64,000 bases of DNA. It comes from Protoeuglena noctilucae (lineage: Eukaryota). The notes under the pieces are model-generated. The model was given only the letters and a program-made list of their open reading frames with translations, was not told where the DNA came from and made no database searches. This document shows, piece by piece, positions 11,701 through 23,600 of the stretch (position 1 is its first letter; every line of letters starts with the position of its first letter). The DNA lies in NCBI GenBank assembly GCA_958009085.1, contig OY253670.1, forward strand, positions 992,001-1,056,000, read 5' to 3'. The position numbers were made by a program, and so were the translations under genes.

Positions 11701-12426
11701 TGCACGCGCGCCGGGAGGCTCGACTCGCCGAAGAGCAGGCCGCCAAAGCGGCAGCACTCGTAGATGTAAAGCTCGTACATGTCTGCCGTCGGCAGCACCA
11801 CGCTCAGCTGCTTCTCGTACACCGAGTAGGTCACCCCAGCGTGGTCAACGCCCGTGCCCTGCGTCGCACATCCGACAGCTGTCGAGCGCCTCGCAAGCGG
11901 TCCATGCGCCACGGCCGGCCACGCTGCGGAGCAAGCGGCGTTTCGCAACCTGCGCGAGCGACTGCGGCGCCTCACCACGAGCGTGGACGTGGAGGCGTAG
12001 ATGGAGATGCCGGACCCATCAGCAGTGAGCACGTCCGTGCCCGTCGCGGACGGAGTTGCGGGGTTGTAGAGGTAGGCTTTCACCACACCGATGAGGTCAG
12101 TCGACTCCGGCGTGATGAAGATGCGCACGGTGACGTCGGCGGCGCTGCAAAGGGAAGGCGCGTCGGCGTGCTGCCACCTGGCGGTCGGCGCCTAGCCCGC
12201 AGAAGGACAACAGCGCCCTAGCAGCGTGGCTCGCGGCACGAACAGCAAAAAATATGAACCGAATATCCAGACAGCTCCCCCATCGCCGCGCAGCTCACGT
12301 CGTGGTGCCAGGTGGGCGTTCCCAGCGAATGTCGGCTCCCCGGAAGGTCGCTGCGCTGGCCAGCGCAGAGAGCAGCCCCAGGGCTGCCACCAGCACCACC
12401 AGGAATCTCCTGCTGAGGACTCCCAT
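8706..12426 (-). CDS. Secreted mosaic surface/cell-covering protein with Thr-Pro-Ala mucin-like repeat, ~8 exons
   Basis: ATG 12426 gives the signal peptide MGVLSRRFLVVLVAALGLLSALASA, then ATFRGADIRW. Phase-compatible GT-AG exons link ORFs 11610-12128, 11208-11537, 10486-11430, 10014-10799, 9665-9919 and 8706-9800. Confidence 0.75.
10035..10585 (-). repeat. Coding tandem repeat, ~23 x 24 bp (TPAPT[T/D]AA), with a near-perfect 48-bp dimer in the core
   Basis: gttgccgcgtcagtaggggccggcgtggcggcggtcgtgggcgccggg recurs with a 48-bp period from 10141. Confidence 0.95.
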
Positions 12427-12891
12427 CTCTCAGTACCCCTCAAGCTTCCCCACAGCTCGTGGCGGTTCGCTCGCAGACCTCGCCGCGAGCCCAGAAGCGT
12501 CCTAGCGCTTTGCTAGTTAAAGAAGTTAGCAGCTACAGTCGCACAGTCCAAGGATGTTGCTGCGGAGGAGCTCAGCCGAGCCTTGCGCGCTAGAGAGAAC
12601 AGCCTAAGAGCTATTTGACGCCGTGTACTGGTCGAGATCGCTTGTATGTGCGCTAAGATCTGCCGGCCATTGGCGAGCGAGAGCTGCGCTTCTGCAGCTC
12701 TTGCAGGCGACGCCAGCAGGGTCCGCCAGTCTCCGGGAGTCGCCAGGTGGCACTCGCATCCACAGCGTCGCGTGGCCCCGGTTGTCACTCTGATGTTTCA
12801 TGGATAAACTTACGACCAGGCTGGGGAAGCCAGACGTGGGGGAAGTGAACCCGGTCGCGCCCTGGAGAGGCGCCCTGCTTGCGCGAGCCAA

Positions 12892-13892
12892 ATGATCATC
12901 ATCGAGAGCCCCCTTCTGATTCTGGGCTCGAAACCGAACAAGTCGCACAAGGCACGTGTCATCGCTCGCGGCATCGCCGGTGGCTTCAACTACAGGTGGG
13001 CTGAGACGCAGCGCTCCTCCGCAAGCGTCGGGCTCTGGAGCAGGTCGGGCTCTCATGCTTTGGCGCTGCAAGTGCGGGATGTCACGTGTGTCGCCAACGT
13101 GGCGCATCTTGGTGCCATCGCGCCTGGCCCCCTGCGCCTCAGCCACGTCGGGGCTCTGCGGGAGTGGCCAAGCGCCAGCGCGTCGCAGCCAGCGGGCTTC
13201 TGGGTCTGGAACCATATCCGAGTTCCAGTCGGAAAAGGCAAGGCCGCGTACGAGGTGAGGATAGCCGGATAGGGGCGGGATAGGGGCAAGGGGAGCGGCA
13301 TCGGCTTTGACCCAACTGGTGTGCGCCTCGCCGCACCCCGCAGAAGGCGAAGCAGTTCGCCAAGGGCTGGGGTCAGTTTCAGGTGCGAATGCGCAGCAGA
13401 GGGAGGCGACTGCGCTGCGCGGGCTGGTACTCCCATGGGTATTTTGACGCGTCTCCGCAGCATGGGTGGACGGAGGTTGACCCGGCGAGCGTCCCTGTGC
13501 CTGGCGCCGGCATCGTCATCAGTGCCGGCCTCGAGGTCGGAGGCTTCGGCTTTTGGTCCGCGCTGCCCCTCCAGGTCCTCTCGTGCGAGGAGGTGGCACT
13601 GCCTTCACCCTCCCTTGGCAAGGGCAAGGGCGACGCGGCCGGGCCCCGGAACGGCCCGGGGAAGGCGTTCCGGTACAGCTGCGGGACGCTCCGGGGCCAC
13701 TGGTTCCAGGGAGAAGAGCGCTTCTCTGTCGAGTGGGAGGGCGGGGAGACGGGGACGGTCACCTTCGAAGTCCTGTCCTTCTCCCGGCCGGACGGCGTGC
13801 TCTCGACTCTCGCGTATCCTATCAACAGGCTCCTGCAGCTGCGATTCGGCATGGACGCGGCCAAGAGCGCGCGCCTCCTGGGCCAGCATTGA
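12892..13892 (+). CDS. DUF1990 / UPF0548 family protein, 4 exons
   Basis: Spliced product contains GFNY, HIRVPVGKGKAAYE|KAKQFAKGWGQFQ|HGWTEVDP and GTLRGHWFQGEERFSVEW...FEVLSFSRP, which are typical of DUF1990. Confidence 0.85.
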
Positions 13893-14158
13893 ATGATTCA
13901 TGCCAGAAGTGTGCAAGCGTTTCCGTGCTCGATTGAGGGCAGAGAGCTCAGCATATCCATCTGCGAGGCTATATTTCGCTCCATTGACACGCCGTACTTG
14001 AACCACGGCGGTTTTCGCGCCTCCTGTGCGCCACCTGTGCCTGCAGCTGAATCAGCACCTAAGGTGACCGTTGCGCGCGTCGCGCAGCCCGCTGCGTCCA
14101 TAGCCTTTTCCTGCGTTCATTACGAATTGACGAGAATGCTTTGTGTGCAGCGCAGATC

Positions 14159-15607
14159 ATGACGTGTGCCGTAGCGGCCGCGGCCCAAGTCCCTGTGCTG
14201 ACTGGGACACGGGGTGGGTACCCGCGCGTGGCGAGGCGACCCTGCATGGCGCGCGCCCTCCCATCGCTGACGCGCTTCCCCCAAAAGTCATCCTGCGAGG
14301 TCGACGAAGTTTGCCTCGACGAGTACCAGGTGGGAGGTGGGGTGACCATGGTTGAGAGGGTTGAGGGGTTGGGATCAGTGAGGTGCGAGTGAGGTGGGGC
14401 AGAAAGGCAGATAGCAACTGCGCAGATAGTAGCAGTTTGTTCTTGGCTGAGTCAGAGAGGTTAGTATCAAGTTTGTCAAGGGCTCCCCGGGCGCACAACA
14501 CTGCCCACCTTGCCATCCCCAGCTTCCCCGGCTAGGGACGCTTGTGGTCGGGACCGACCCGTGCTCCTCGCTGCCAGGGAACGGAGGTCTCAGGGTGCTG
14601 CAGTACCGCACCCTGGCCGATGCGCGCACGGACTGCCGCGCTCTGACCCTCGCCATGAAGGCAAAGCACGCCGCCTTTCACACGGGCTTCTCCGGGGCTA
14701 AGCTCGTCCTCCATGCCGTAACTGAGCCGGCCAGGCTGGACAGGAGGCGGCTAGCCAGCGAGGTGGCGGGCGTCCTCAACAGCCTCCGCGGCTTCGTCTA
14801 CACGGGGTGCGACTTGAACACCACCGCGGCTGATATGGAGCTTCTATCGCGCCACACGCCCTACGTCCTCTCCTCCCTCACGAACCGCGACGTAGGTGCG
14901 CGCATATTGCCGCGTGCGACCTGACCCGAAGAGTCAGCTCCGCGAGCCCGACCTTGCTTGGATCCTTTGCTACAGATTCAAGCGTGTCGACGGCCCATGG
15001 CGTGTTTGGCTCCATCCTGGGCGTCCTCGAGGGGAGGGGTGGTCTGGCCCGCAAGCGGGTGCTTGTCAAGGGCATCGGGAAGGTCGGGCGGCCCCTAACG
15101 CATCTGCTCCTGGATGCGGGGGCCCACGTGATGACGTACGATGTCAACCCTGCCGCCGCGGACGTGTCCGGGTGCACCAACGTGAGCGGCACGACCTGGT
15201 CGCGTGTCGCGTGCGACGTCTTCGCTCCCTGTTCCGTGTCACGCTTCATCGACGTGGACCTGGCGAAGACGCTGCCCTGTGCCGTCGTCGTGGGAGCGTC
15301 CAACGTCCCCTTCGCCAGCCGGGAGGCGCTCGAGGCGGCCACGCAGCGCGGCGTCGTGGTCATCCCCGAAAGCGTTTCGTCTGCGGGGGCGGTGATCGGT
15401 GACTCCGCGGAGCTCTTCTCGCCCACGGCCTACGCGACGGCCCGCCCGGACCGCGTCTACCGCTTCGTGCAAGACGCCACCCAGAGCAAGACGAGGCGCC
15501 TCCTGCGCGAGGCTGCGGCACACGGCAAGACGCCAACCGACGCCGTCGTCGACGTGATGGACGACCCCTCAGGCATCCCTTACGGATTCTACTTTGCCAA
15601 GCTGTGA
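14159..15607 (+). CDS. Glu/Leu/Phe/Val dehydrogenase family (Leu/Phe/Val-type), organelle-targeted, 3 exons
   Basis: GNGGLR, AMKAKH...GFSGAK (substrate and catalytic Lys positions), YTGCDLNT, STAHGV, Rossmann VKGIGKVG, CDVFAPC and GASN. Exon 1 is Ala/Arg-rich like a presequence. Confidence 0.85.
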
Positions 15608-15712
15608 CCCCTATCTCTGCTGTTGCGTTTCAAACACATTATAAATGCCCTGACCTAGAACTGACCTTGACTTAATCACTGCTGCTGAAACCCCCTTTCT
15701 CGAATGGGCCTA

Positions 15713-17157
15713 TCAGCCCCCCGCACCCTCCTCCCTGCCCCCCTCTGCTCCCCGCCCGTCGCCCTCCACATCATTCCCCGCCCCCGCATCCCCCGCATCC
15801 TCTTCCTCTATGAACCCATCCTCCACCGCCCCAGCACCCTCCCCGTCCCCCGCCTCCTCCTCATCCTCGTCTCCCGAGTCCGGGCCCACGGCGATGTCCA
15901 CCAAGGAAAGCAGCGCCTCCATGGACAGCTCTGGGTGCGCGGCCCGAATGCGGTGCAGGAACGTCGGAGCGGGCTTGATGCGCTCCATGCGGTGCTCCCG
16001 CGTGTGCACCTGCGGCAAGGGGGACCAGTCACCCTCACGACAGCCTACGTCAGGACAATGCGCGCACCCTCCTCCGCCCCTGTCACCTGCAGGAATCGCC
16101 CGCTAAAGCTCGCGGCCCCCGAGTCATGCCACCGCCCGTTGCACGAGGAGCAAAGGTCGAAGCCGAACCGGTGCTCGTCCCGGCAGTTCACGCATGCCCA
16201 ACGTTCGCCCGTGATGGGGAAGAGCCCGCAGCCGTCGCATCCCACCCCGAAGTGCACAAAGGGCTCCCCTGTGATAGGATCCTTAGCGTAGTCTTCAGCA
16301 GGCAGCGACGATGAGGGCTCCTTGCCGTCCTCTCCCCCGGCGGTGGGAGCAACCCCGGATCCCACGCCCTCTTGAGCCCCACTCGGCCCTGCCCCGCTCG
16401 TCCCCTCCCCGCCAACCCCTGGACCAGGCTGCGCCCCGTCGTCATTCGGGACCGAGACGGTGCCGGGCCGGAGGGACTCGACCGCGGCGGCCACGGCTCG
16501 CAGGGCCGTGCACGGTGCCCGCCTTCCCGGGGTGTGACCCTTGCCGCACGTAGGGCACGAGTGCGGCGGGCTGCCGCTCAGGTGCCGGGTCGTGCTGCAC
16601 AGGATGTGCCCGCAGTCCAGGACGGTGGGCGCAGAGGAGACTGCGCCGCACGCGGTGCACGAGAGGAGCCGCGTCAGCAGAGAGATGCGCTCCTCCACCG
16701 ATGCCGCCTTCACGCCCTCCCAGTTGAGGAAGTCCAGCTCGACGGACGGGTTCATCTGGACGTGCGTGGAAGCCTCCTGAACACCCGCTTCGACCGCGCG
16801 CTCAGAAGCCGCCTCCGGGTCGCAGACGACGACCGCCCAGTGCAAGCTCGGGCAAGGGCTCGCGAAGGTAGAGAACTTATAGCGACACAGAGGGCAGGTG
16901 CTCTCCCCAAAGTTGTTCATGGCCCGGAACGTACACCTGGGGGTGGGACCATGGCAATGGAGAGTCGCATGGAGAGAGTCGCAAGGAGAGCCGATGACGG
17001 GACCTGCCACGAGCTGCGCAGCTCCTTCCCAGCCTCCGACGCACCAGAAGCACATCGCATGGCCGCAGTCGACGACAATTGGGCTCCATAGGAGCTCAAG
17101 ACATATGGAGCAGCGGAACTGCTCCCGTGCGAGGTGCTGGAGCGTTTCACTCGTCAT
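15713..17157 (-). CDS. PRT1: PRT1-like N-degron E3 ubiquitin ligase (RING-RING-ZZ) with acidic tail
   Basis: RING1 CSIC...CGHAMCFWC...CPLC; RING2 CTAC...CGHILC...CPTC; ZZ HFGVGCDGCGLFPITGERWACVNC...GFDLCSSC...GRFLQ|VHTREHRME. Confidence 0.85.
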
Positions 17158-17660
17158 GGCGCTGCGGGCCAGTTGGCCTGCACACGGGCGGGTGGAGCGT
17201 GTGGCGTCCGCAGAGGATCAAATGCACTTTCAATAGCACTAATACGACCGACTACGCGGTTGCAGTGGAACTCAGCCCGGCTGAGCCCCGTCCTCGCCCA
17301 GGCGCCAGAACAAGGGTCTGGCAGCTCAGGGAGGCGTCCTAGAAGATGCCAACCCGCCCCATTGCTACGCCTTACACGTCAGTGTGTCGGATAGCGTGGT
17401 CGTCCATCCGAGCTGGCTCAGCACAGTGAAGAAGCAGTCCAGATGCGTCTCGGAAGGGCATGAGGTGACGCTCGTGACTATGATGCCAGTATCGGGCGCG
17501 CTTGCTGGTCGGGCGCCCAATCAGCGCCGTGGGTGGGGTCGGGAAGGGTCTCGCAGTGCAAAAGCTCCCTTTGACCGCCCGCGCCACCTCCACGAGGCTA
17601 TCGGTGCCTTGGGCGATGTGAGGGTGATGATGGCTATCGCTAGACCCACTGCGTCCGTGC

Positions 17661-20600
17661 ATGCAGTCTGGAGCCAGCGGCGGGGGCTCCGCCGACCCCC
17701 GGAGATGGGAACCCGTCCCATCTCCCGTCCTATCTGCGAGCGACGGCGGCTTCGAGAGGAAAAAGGGGAGAAAAGGTGGTTCTGAAGCCCAGCCCCTACG
17801 CTGTCAGAGGATCGGGGAGCGGGAGCGGGAGGTAACTTTCACAAAATGCATGTACCGTTCGGGGCCTGGTCGCGCGTGCGCCGATGCTGTGCCTCGCCCA
17901 TGTGCTACAGATGTCAAGCAAGCGCAGCATCCTCACGCAACGACTCTCCTCTGTTTCACGCGCAGTCTCCCACGCATCCGCGCGCCGAGTGAGACGGGAT
18001 CAGACGCCTCGGCTTCGCAGAGGCGCGCCGCGACGCCTCGGGCCGCGTCATCTCGCGGTCCTTCTCCTGCTGCTGGCCGCGGTCCCGGTGGCAGGTCCGG
18101 CGCGGGGGGGAGTGCTCCTGCAGGTTCGCCGACCCCGCCCAAGCGCAGCAAGCGCGGCAACGACGCGCCCGTGGACGGAACGGACGGCGGTGACGAGGTG
18201 GTCTCTCCGGACGCACTGGCGGGGCTCGCCGACGCCAACGACCAGGATGTCTCGCCGGCGACTGGGAAGAGGGCGCGCCGCGCGGGGGCCGAAGGCGATA
18301 CAGGGGCCCTCGTGCGACTGGCGGACCTCGACGTGCACGACGACTGGCACTTTGCGACCCCGGACGTCAGCGACCCTCCGCTGGCCTCGGGAGTGCACCC
18401 CCTGAGCCCCCTAGCTACTGCGGGGGACTCGCCACTGCCTGGGTCAGAGCCTTCGGGGGCCCTGTCCGTGTCGCCGGACAGCTCACCCTCAGGGCCCATG
18501 GCCAACACCGCGCAGCCGGCAGAGTCGCCGGTCGCTGGCGCGCAGGATGGCGCCAAGGGTGACGATGGAGCTCCCCTCGCCACCGCAACCTCTGCGCCCG
18601 CATCTGTGGGTCGCCCGCCTATCTCCCCTTCCCACCGGCGACCCCACGTGAGTCTCGCCTCGCGCCGAGATGCGTCTTGGCTTGCCCTGCACAACAGGCT
18701 CCCCAGCTCACCCCTGCATCCCTGTGACCCACCGCAGCCTCTGCTATCCACCTCGAGCACCGGTGGCTTCGGGTCCCTGCAAGTTCCAGACGATGTGTTG
18801 TTGCACGAGTTGACGCAAGATACCAACCACGAGCACCTCCCGTCCATCCCCTCCCTGGAGGTTCCGGGGGCGGAGATCGGCTCGCCTTCGGGGGCAGAGG
18901 GTGCGGGCGCAGCAGAGGGTGCGGGGCGGTCAGTGGCGGGTACCCCGCGCACACCGATGGAGGACGCGGTCGGGACACCTGTGAGAGGGAGCCCTGGCAA
19001 GCGCGCGTCCCCCGCGGAGCAGCCCTCCCCAGTCACGACCCCGGACGCACTGCCCGCCGTGTCCACGGAGCGCGAGGTGCTGGACGCTGCCGGGGACGTC
19101 GCAAGCGCCCTGGCTGCGGCATCCGCATCCGCATCCATGGCGGATGGCGGCGGGAGCCCCCCTGCCCCGGGGTTTCTAACAACCGCCGGGGGACCGCCGG
19201 AGTCACGCGCGGTCCCCGTCGCGGCTCCGCGGCGTCGCTCGGGCGCGGGGATCCGGACTGAGTCAGCGAGTGGCAGCCTGACCCTGCCAGAGGCCAGGCG
19301 CCGGGAGCTCCTTGGCAAAGCACGGTCGCTGCGGATGGGGTTCTGGACGACGGGCTCGCAGGGGAGCCCGCCGGGGTCCCTGCGGCTCAGCGCGCTGGGC
19401 GGCGGCAGCCAGGGCGCGTCGCCGGTGGACGGGGGCGATGGCCCACGAGGCGCTACGTCCGGGAGCGTGGGCCGTAGTCCGCGGGACGGTGCCTGGGGCC
19501 GCTCCATGGCCCACAGTGACTCCGGGTCTGCGTCCGCGAGTGTGTCGGACCACTGGGCGGCTTTGGAGTCGATGCCCTCTCGCGTGGGCCGCGCGTCGCT
19601 GTCGAGCGCCGGGGCCTCCCGGCCGCCCGCGTCCCGGTCCCCGTGGTCCTTCCTCAGGGACGTGCGCCGCGTCGTGCAGCGCGAGAGCGCGGACCCCGCG
19701 TCGCCCGAGGAGTGGCGGGAGCTCCTGACGACGGCCTACACCGAGGCGTGCGGCGTTGACGAGGAGCGGCGGGCGCTGTGGGACGAGGTGCACGAGCTGC
19801 GGGAGTCCAAGCGCGCGGTGGAGGAGCAGCTGCGGGCCGCCAAGGCGGCGCCGCTCCCGGGGCCCTCGGAGACGGCCGGGCGCTGGACGCAAGCGCGTGC
19901 CACGATGAAGCAGCGGTCTTCGGGGGAGAGGCTCAGCGAGGCGACCAAGCTGGCGGTGCGGGCGCAGGCGGAGGTCGAGCAGATGGAGAGGCGCGTCAAG
20001 GTGGCGGAGATGGAGCTGGAAGAGTCGCGGCAGCGGGCGGCGGCGGCGGAGGCGGAGGCGGAGCGGCTACAGCGGGAGCTGGGCGCGGCGGAGCAGCACA
20101 TCGCCGACCTGGACGGGGAAATTCGCGATCGGGAGGAGATGCTGGTCGTGACGGAGCAGGCGAGGGCGGGGCCAGCGCGGGGGCGTGGAGAGGCGGGACT
20201 CTGTTAGCGTTGCGACTCTGAGTGGGCGCTCTAAGCGCACCCGTGACTCTGGGATGCTCTGAGCTCTGCTCCTTTACTTGGGGCTCTGCTGCGACACCTG
20301 GGGTGCTCTGAGCTGCTCTGCGTGCGTCGCGTGCGCAGGAGGCCCTGGCTTACCGCCGCCGCATCCAGGCGCTGGAGGCGGCTGCTGGGGGCCAGGGCGG
20401 TGGCGGGCGCCCCGAGAACATTCCGGACGCCCCGAGCGACGGGGCCGCGGCTCCGGTCGTGACGCAGCCGTCCGTCGGGTCGGCGCCGGCTCTGGCGACG
20501 CCCGCGGACAGCCGCCGCGTGAGTTTTGTGGAGAGCAAGGACGACGAGGACATCCCAGGGTCCCCGCGGAGCTACTTGCTCCAGCGCGGGGTGGACACTA

Positions 20601-23600
20601 AGGTCCTGAAGCCGTTCAAGCTCACCATCGAGGTAAGCCTTGGGATGGGAAGAGGAGACGCACATCACAGATTGGCATTCCGAGCCTGGCCGACAGCGGA
20701 GGGCGGAGTTGAGGTATCATGCGTGCTTACGTCGACAGCATCGTGACTCTGACGTTTGGCTCGCACGACCGCTCTGCAGAAGCTGGAGGACGAGCTCAGT
20801 GTCGTGAGGGGGGAGCGGGATGACGCGGTGGAGCGCGAGAAGGCCAAGGAGGTCCAGGTGCGCGAGCGAGAGACACATCGACAAGATATACATGCGTGCC
20901 AGGCTTGCAAGGTTGCTGGGTGCCGGTGAACGAAGTGGCAGCAGTGGGGTTCATGTCTCATGGCCCCCACGAATGCACTGCGATGCGCTGTTTGCGTCTG
21001 CAGAACCACGAGCTGCAGGGGCGGCTGGCTCAGCTCGAGGCTCACTTGGACGCGGTGAAGGGGCGGGAGAGCCAGCAAGCAGAGGCCACAGCGTCAGAGG
21101 CACTCCAATGGATGGCGGAGCGAGCCTCGACGCAGGAAGCGTTGGCGACGGCCCGGGCGGAGGCAGCGGAACTGCAGCGGCGCTGCGGGGATTTGGAGTC
21201 GAGGCTGCGGGCAGCGGAGGCGGCGACGGCGGTGGCCGCTTCGGCGGGGGCTGCGGGGGTCGGTGCGGCGGGCGCGGTGGAAAGCGCACTCAGGCAGGAG
21301 CTGGCCGTGGCGAGGAGCCAAGCAGAAGTTGCGATGGCCGAAGTTGCTGCGGCGAGGAGTCAAACAGAAGCTAGCGCAGCTGAGGTGGCGGCGGCAAGGA
21401 GCGAAGCGGAGTCTAAGGCGGCGGAGGCGGTGGCGGCAAGGAGTCAAGCAGAGGCAGCCGTGGCGGAGTTGGCGGCAGCTAAGGACCAAGCACAGGCCAG
21501 CGCGGCCGAGGTGGCGATGGCGAGGAGCCAAGCAGAGGCAGCTGTGGCGGAGGCATCTTCGCTGCGGGCTCGGCTCTCGTCTCTCGAGTCGTCCCATCGC
21601 GCTGTGGCTGGAGACGCGTTGGGTGCCAGCGAGCGCGTGCTGCGGGCGGAGGAGGAGCTGGGGCAGTCGCGGGCGAGGGTGGAGGAGCTGTCCGCGAGGG
21701 TGCACGAGGTGGAGGCCGCCGAGCGAGGAGTGCGCGAGGAGCTCGCAGAGGCCCGCGCGAAAGCCCAGGACCTTTCGCGACGCGTGGAGGCCGCCGCGGC
21801 TGTCGAGGCGACGCTCCGGCAGGAGCTCAGTCACACGACGGCAGAGCTGGCGACGACCAGGGCGAAGGCGGCAGATGCGGAGCAGGCGCTGGCGGGGGCG
21901 CGGGCGGAGGCAGAAGCGCTGCAGTCCGCAGCCGCGGAGGCGGCGGGGTCGCAGGCGGGTGCGAGCCGCGCGGCGGTGGCGGCTGCGCGGGCGGAGCGGG
22001 ACGCGGCCCACGCGCGGGCAGCGGAGGCGCATGCGGAGTCGCGGCGGTCAGGCGCGGAAGCGGAGAAGCTGCGGGAGACTGTCCGGAACCTGGAGGGCGA
22101 GGCGCAGCGGGCGTCGGCGGAGGTGGCGCGATGGAAGGGGCGTGCCGAGGAGGTGGAATCGCATCTGCGAGAGGCCGAGGCAGCGGTCGGGGAGCTGCAG
22201 CGGGACGTGCGGCAGCTCCGGGACGACTTAGCGGCCGCGGAGAGGCGGCGGGAGGCGGCGGAGGCGGCAGCGGCGGCGGCGAGGGAGCGCGCGGGGGTGG
22301 CGGAGGCGGAGGCGAGGGCTGCGGAGGAGGGAGCGGAGGAGGCGCGACGGGAGGCCGTCGCAGCGCGGGAGGAAGCGGACGCTGCGAGTGCGGCGTGCGA
22401 CAGAGCGAGCCGACAACTGCTGGGGGAGCAGGCGAGGCATGGTCGCATGTCGACAAAAGCCTTGCATGGGCGGAGAGTCACGCCGCACTTCGCACAGGAC
22501 GGCGGTGCTACCTTGTGCACAGCCACTTCCCTCTGTGGCTGTCACAAAGCCTCGCTTCCATGTCTCTTCTGATGTGCCATCCATTCGCGCCCCTCGCAGC
22601 TCCTGGCCAAGTCGGCGCACGCGGCGCAGGCGACGGCCGAGAGGGCAGCTGCGGCCGCCCGGTCCGAGAACGTCATGCTGCAGGCGTGCGTGAGGGACCT
22701 CGAGTCGCGGCTGCAGGCAGAAACAGCGAAGGTCGACGCATTGGAGACGAGGGCCGTGGAAGCGGAGGCTCAGTCGCGCAGGGTGGGCACGAACAGCGGG
22801 AGCACCTCTGAGGTCGCTGAAAAGCTCGAACGCCGCATTGGGGAGCTGGAGGTCCGGGGCGCTGAGGCGGCCGGGGCGCGGAGGTGCGTGCGCGGACGGC
22901 AAGCGTGCACTGACTTTCTGAGACCAAACAGGGAGGGCATCGTGAGCGAATGGCGGTGGTCGTTCTGTATCTTGCAGGCTTGCGGAGGCCCGGTGCGCGG
23001 ACCTGGAGACTCGGCTTGCGGAGGCCGCGGCGGCATCGCGGGCATTGGAGGACTCGGCATGCGAGAGGGACGCGGAAGCACAAGCGGTCCGGCGCGCCAA
23101 GGCTGCAGTGGAGGCATCGCTGGACGCAGCCCTGCGGGACGCGGCGCGGGTCGAGGTGGGTCTCATCTCACTGACCGGCAGATTTCACTGGCGTAGCAAT
23201 TAGAGCAAGCCTTTGCTAATGAACGGGTCGTCCCAAGCGCACACTGCATCGCCGGTGGCTGAGGGTCCCACGTTGCCCGTCCTCTGCAGGACCGGCTGCA
23301 GAAGTCGGAAGCCGCGTTGCGGGAGGCGTCGGGCCGCGCAGAGTCGGCCGAAGCGGCGCTGCGTGCCGCCCAGGAGGGGCAGCGGGAGGCCGAGGCGAGG
23401 GTAGCAGCGGGGGAGCGGCGCGTGGAAGAGGCGGACGAGAGGGCCCGGGAGGCCCTGGCGACGGCGTCGTTTGCGCGCGACGAGCTGGAGGCCGCGGTGG
23501 CTGAGCGGGACGCCCTGGCTGCCGACCTGGCGAAGTGGATTCGGACGGCGGAGACTGCGACGACGGCGGCGGCCGCGTCGGGCGCAGAGGCGGAGAAGGC

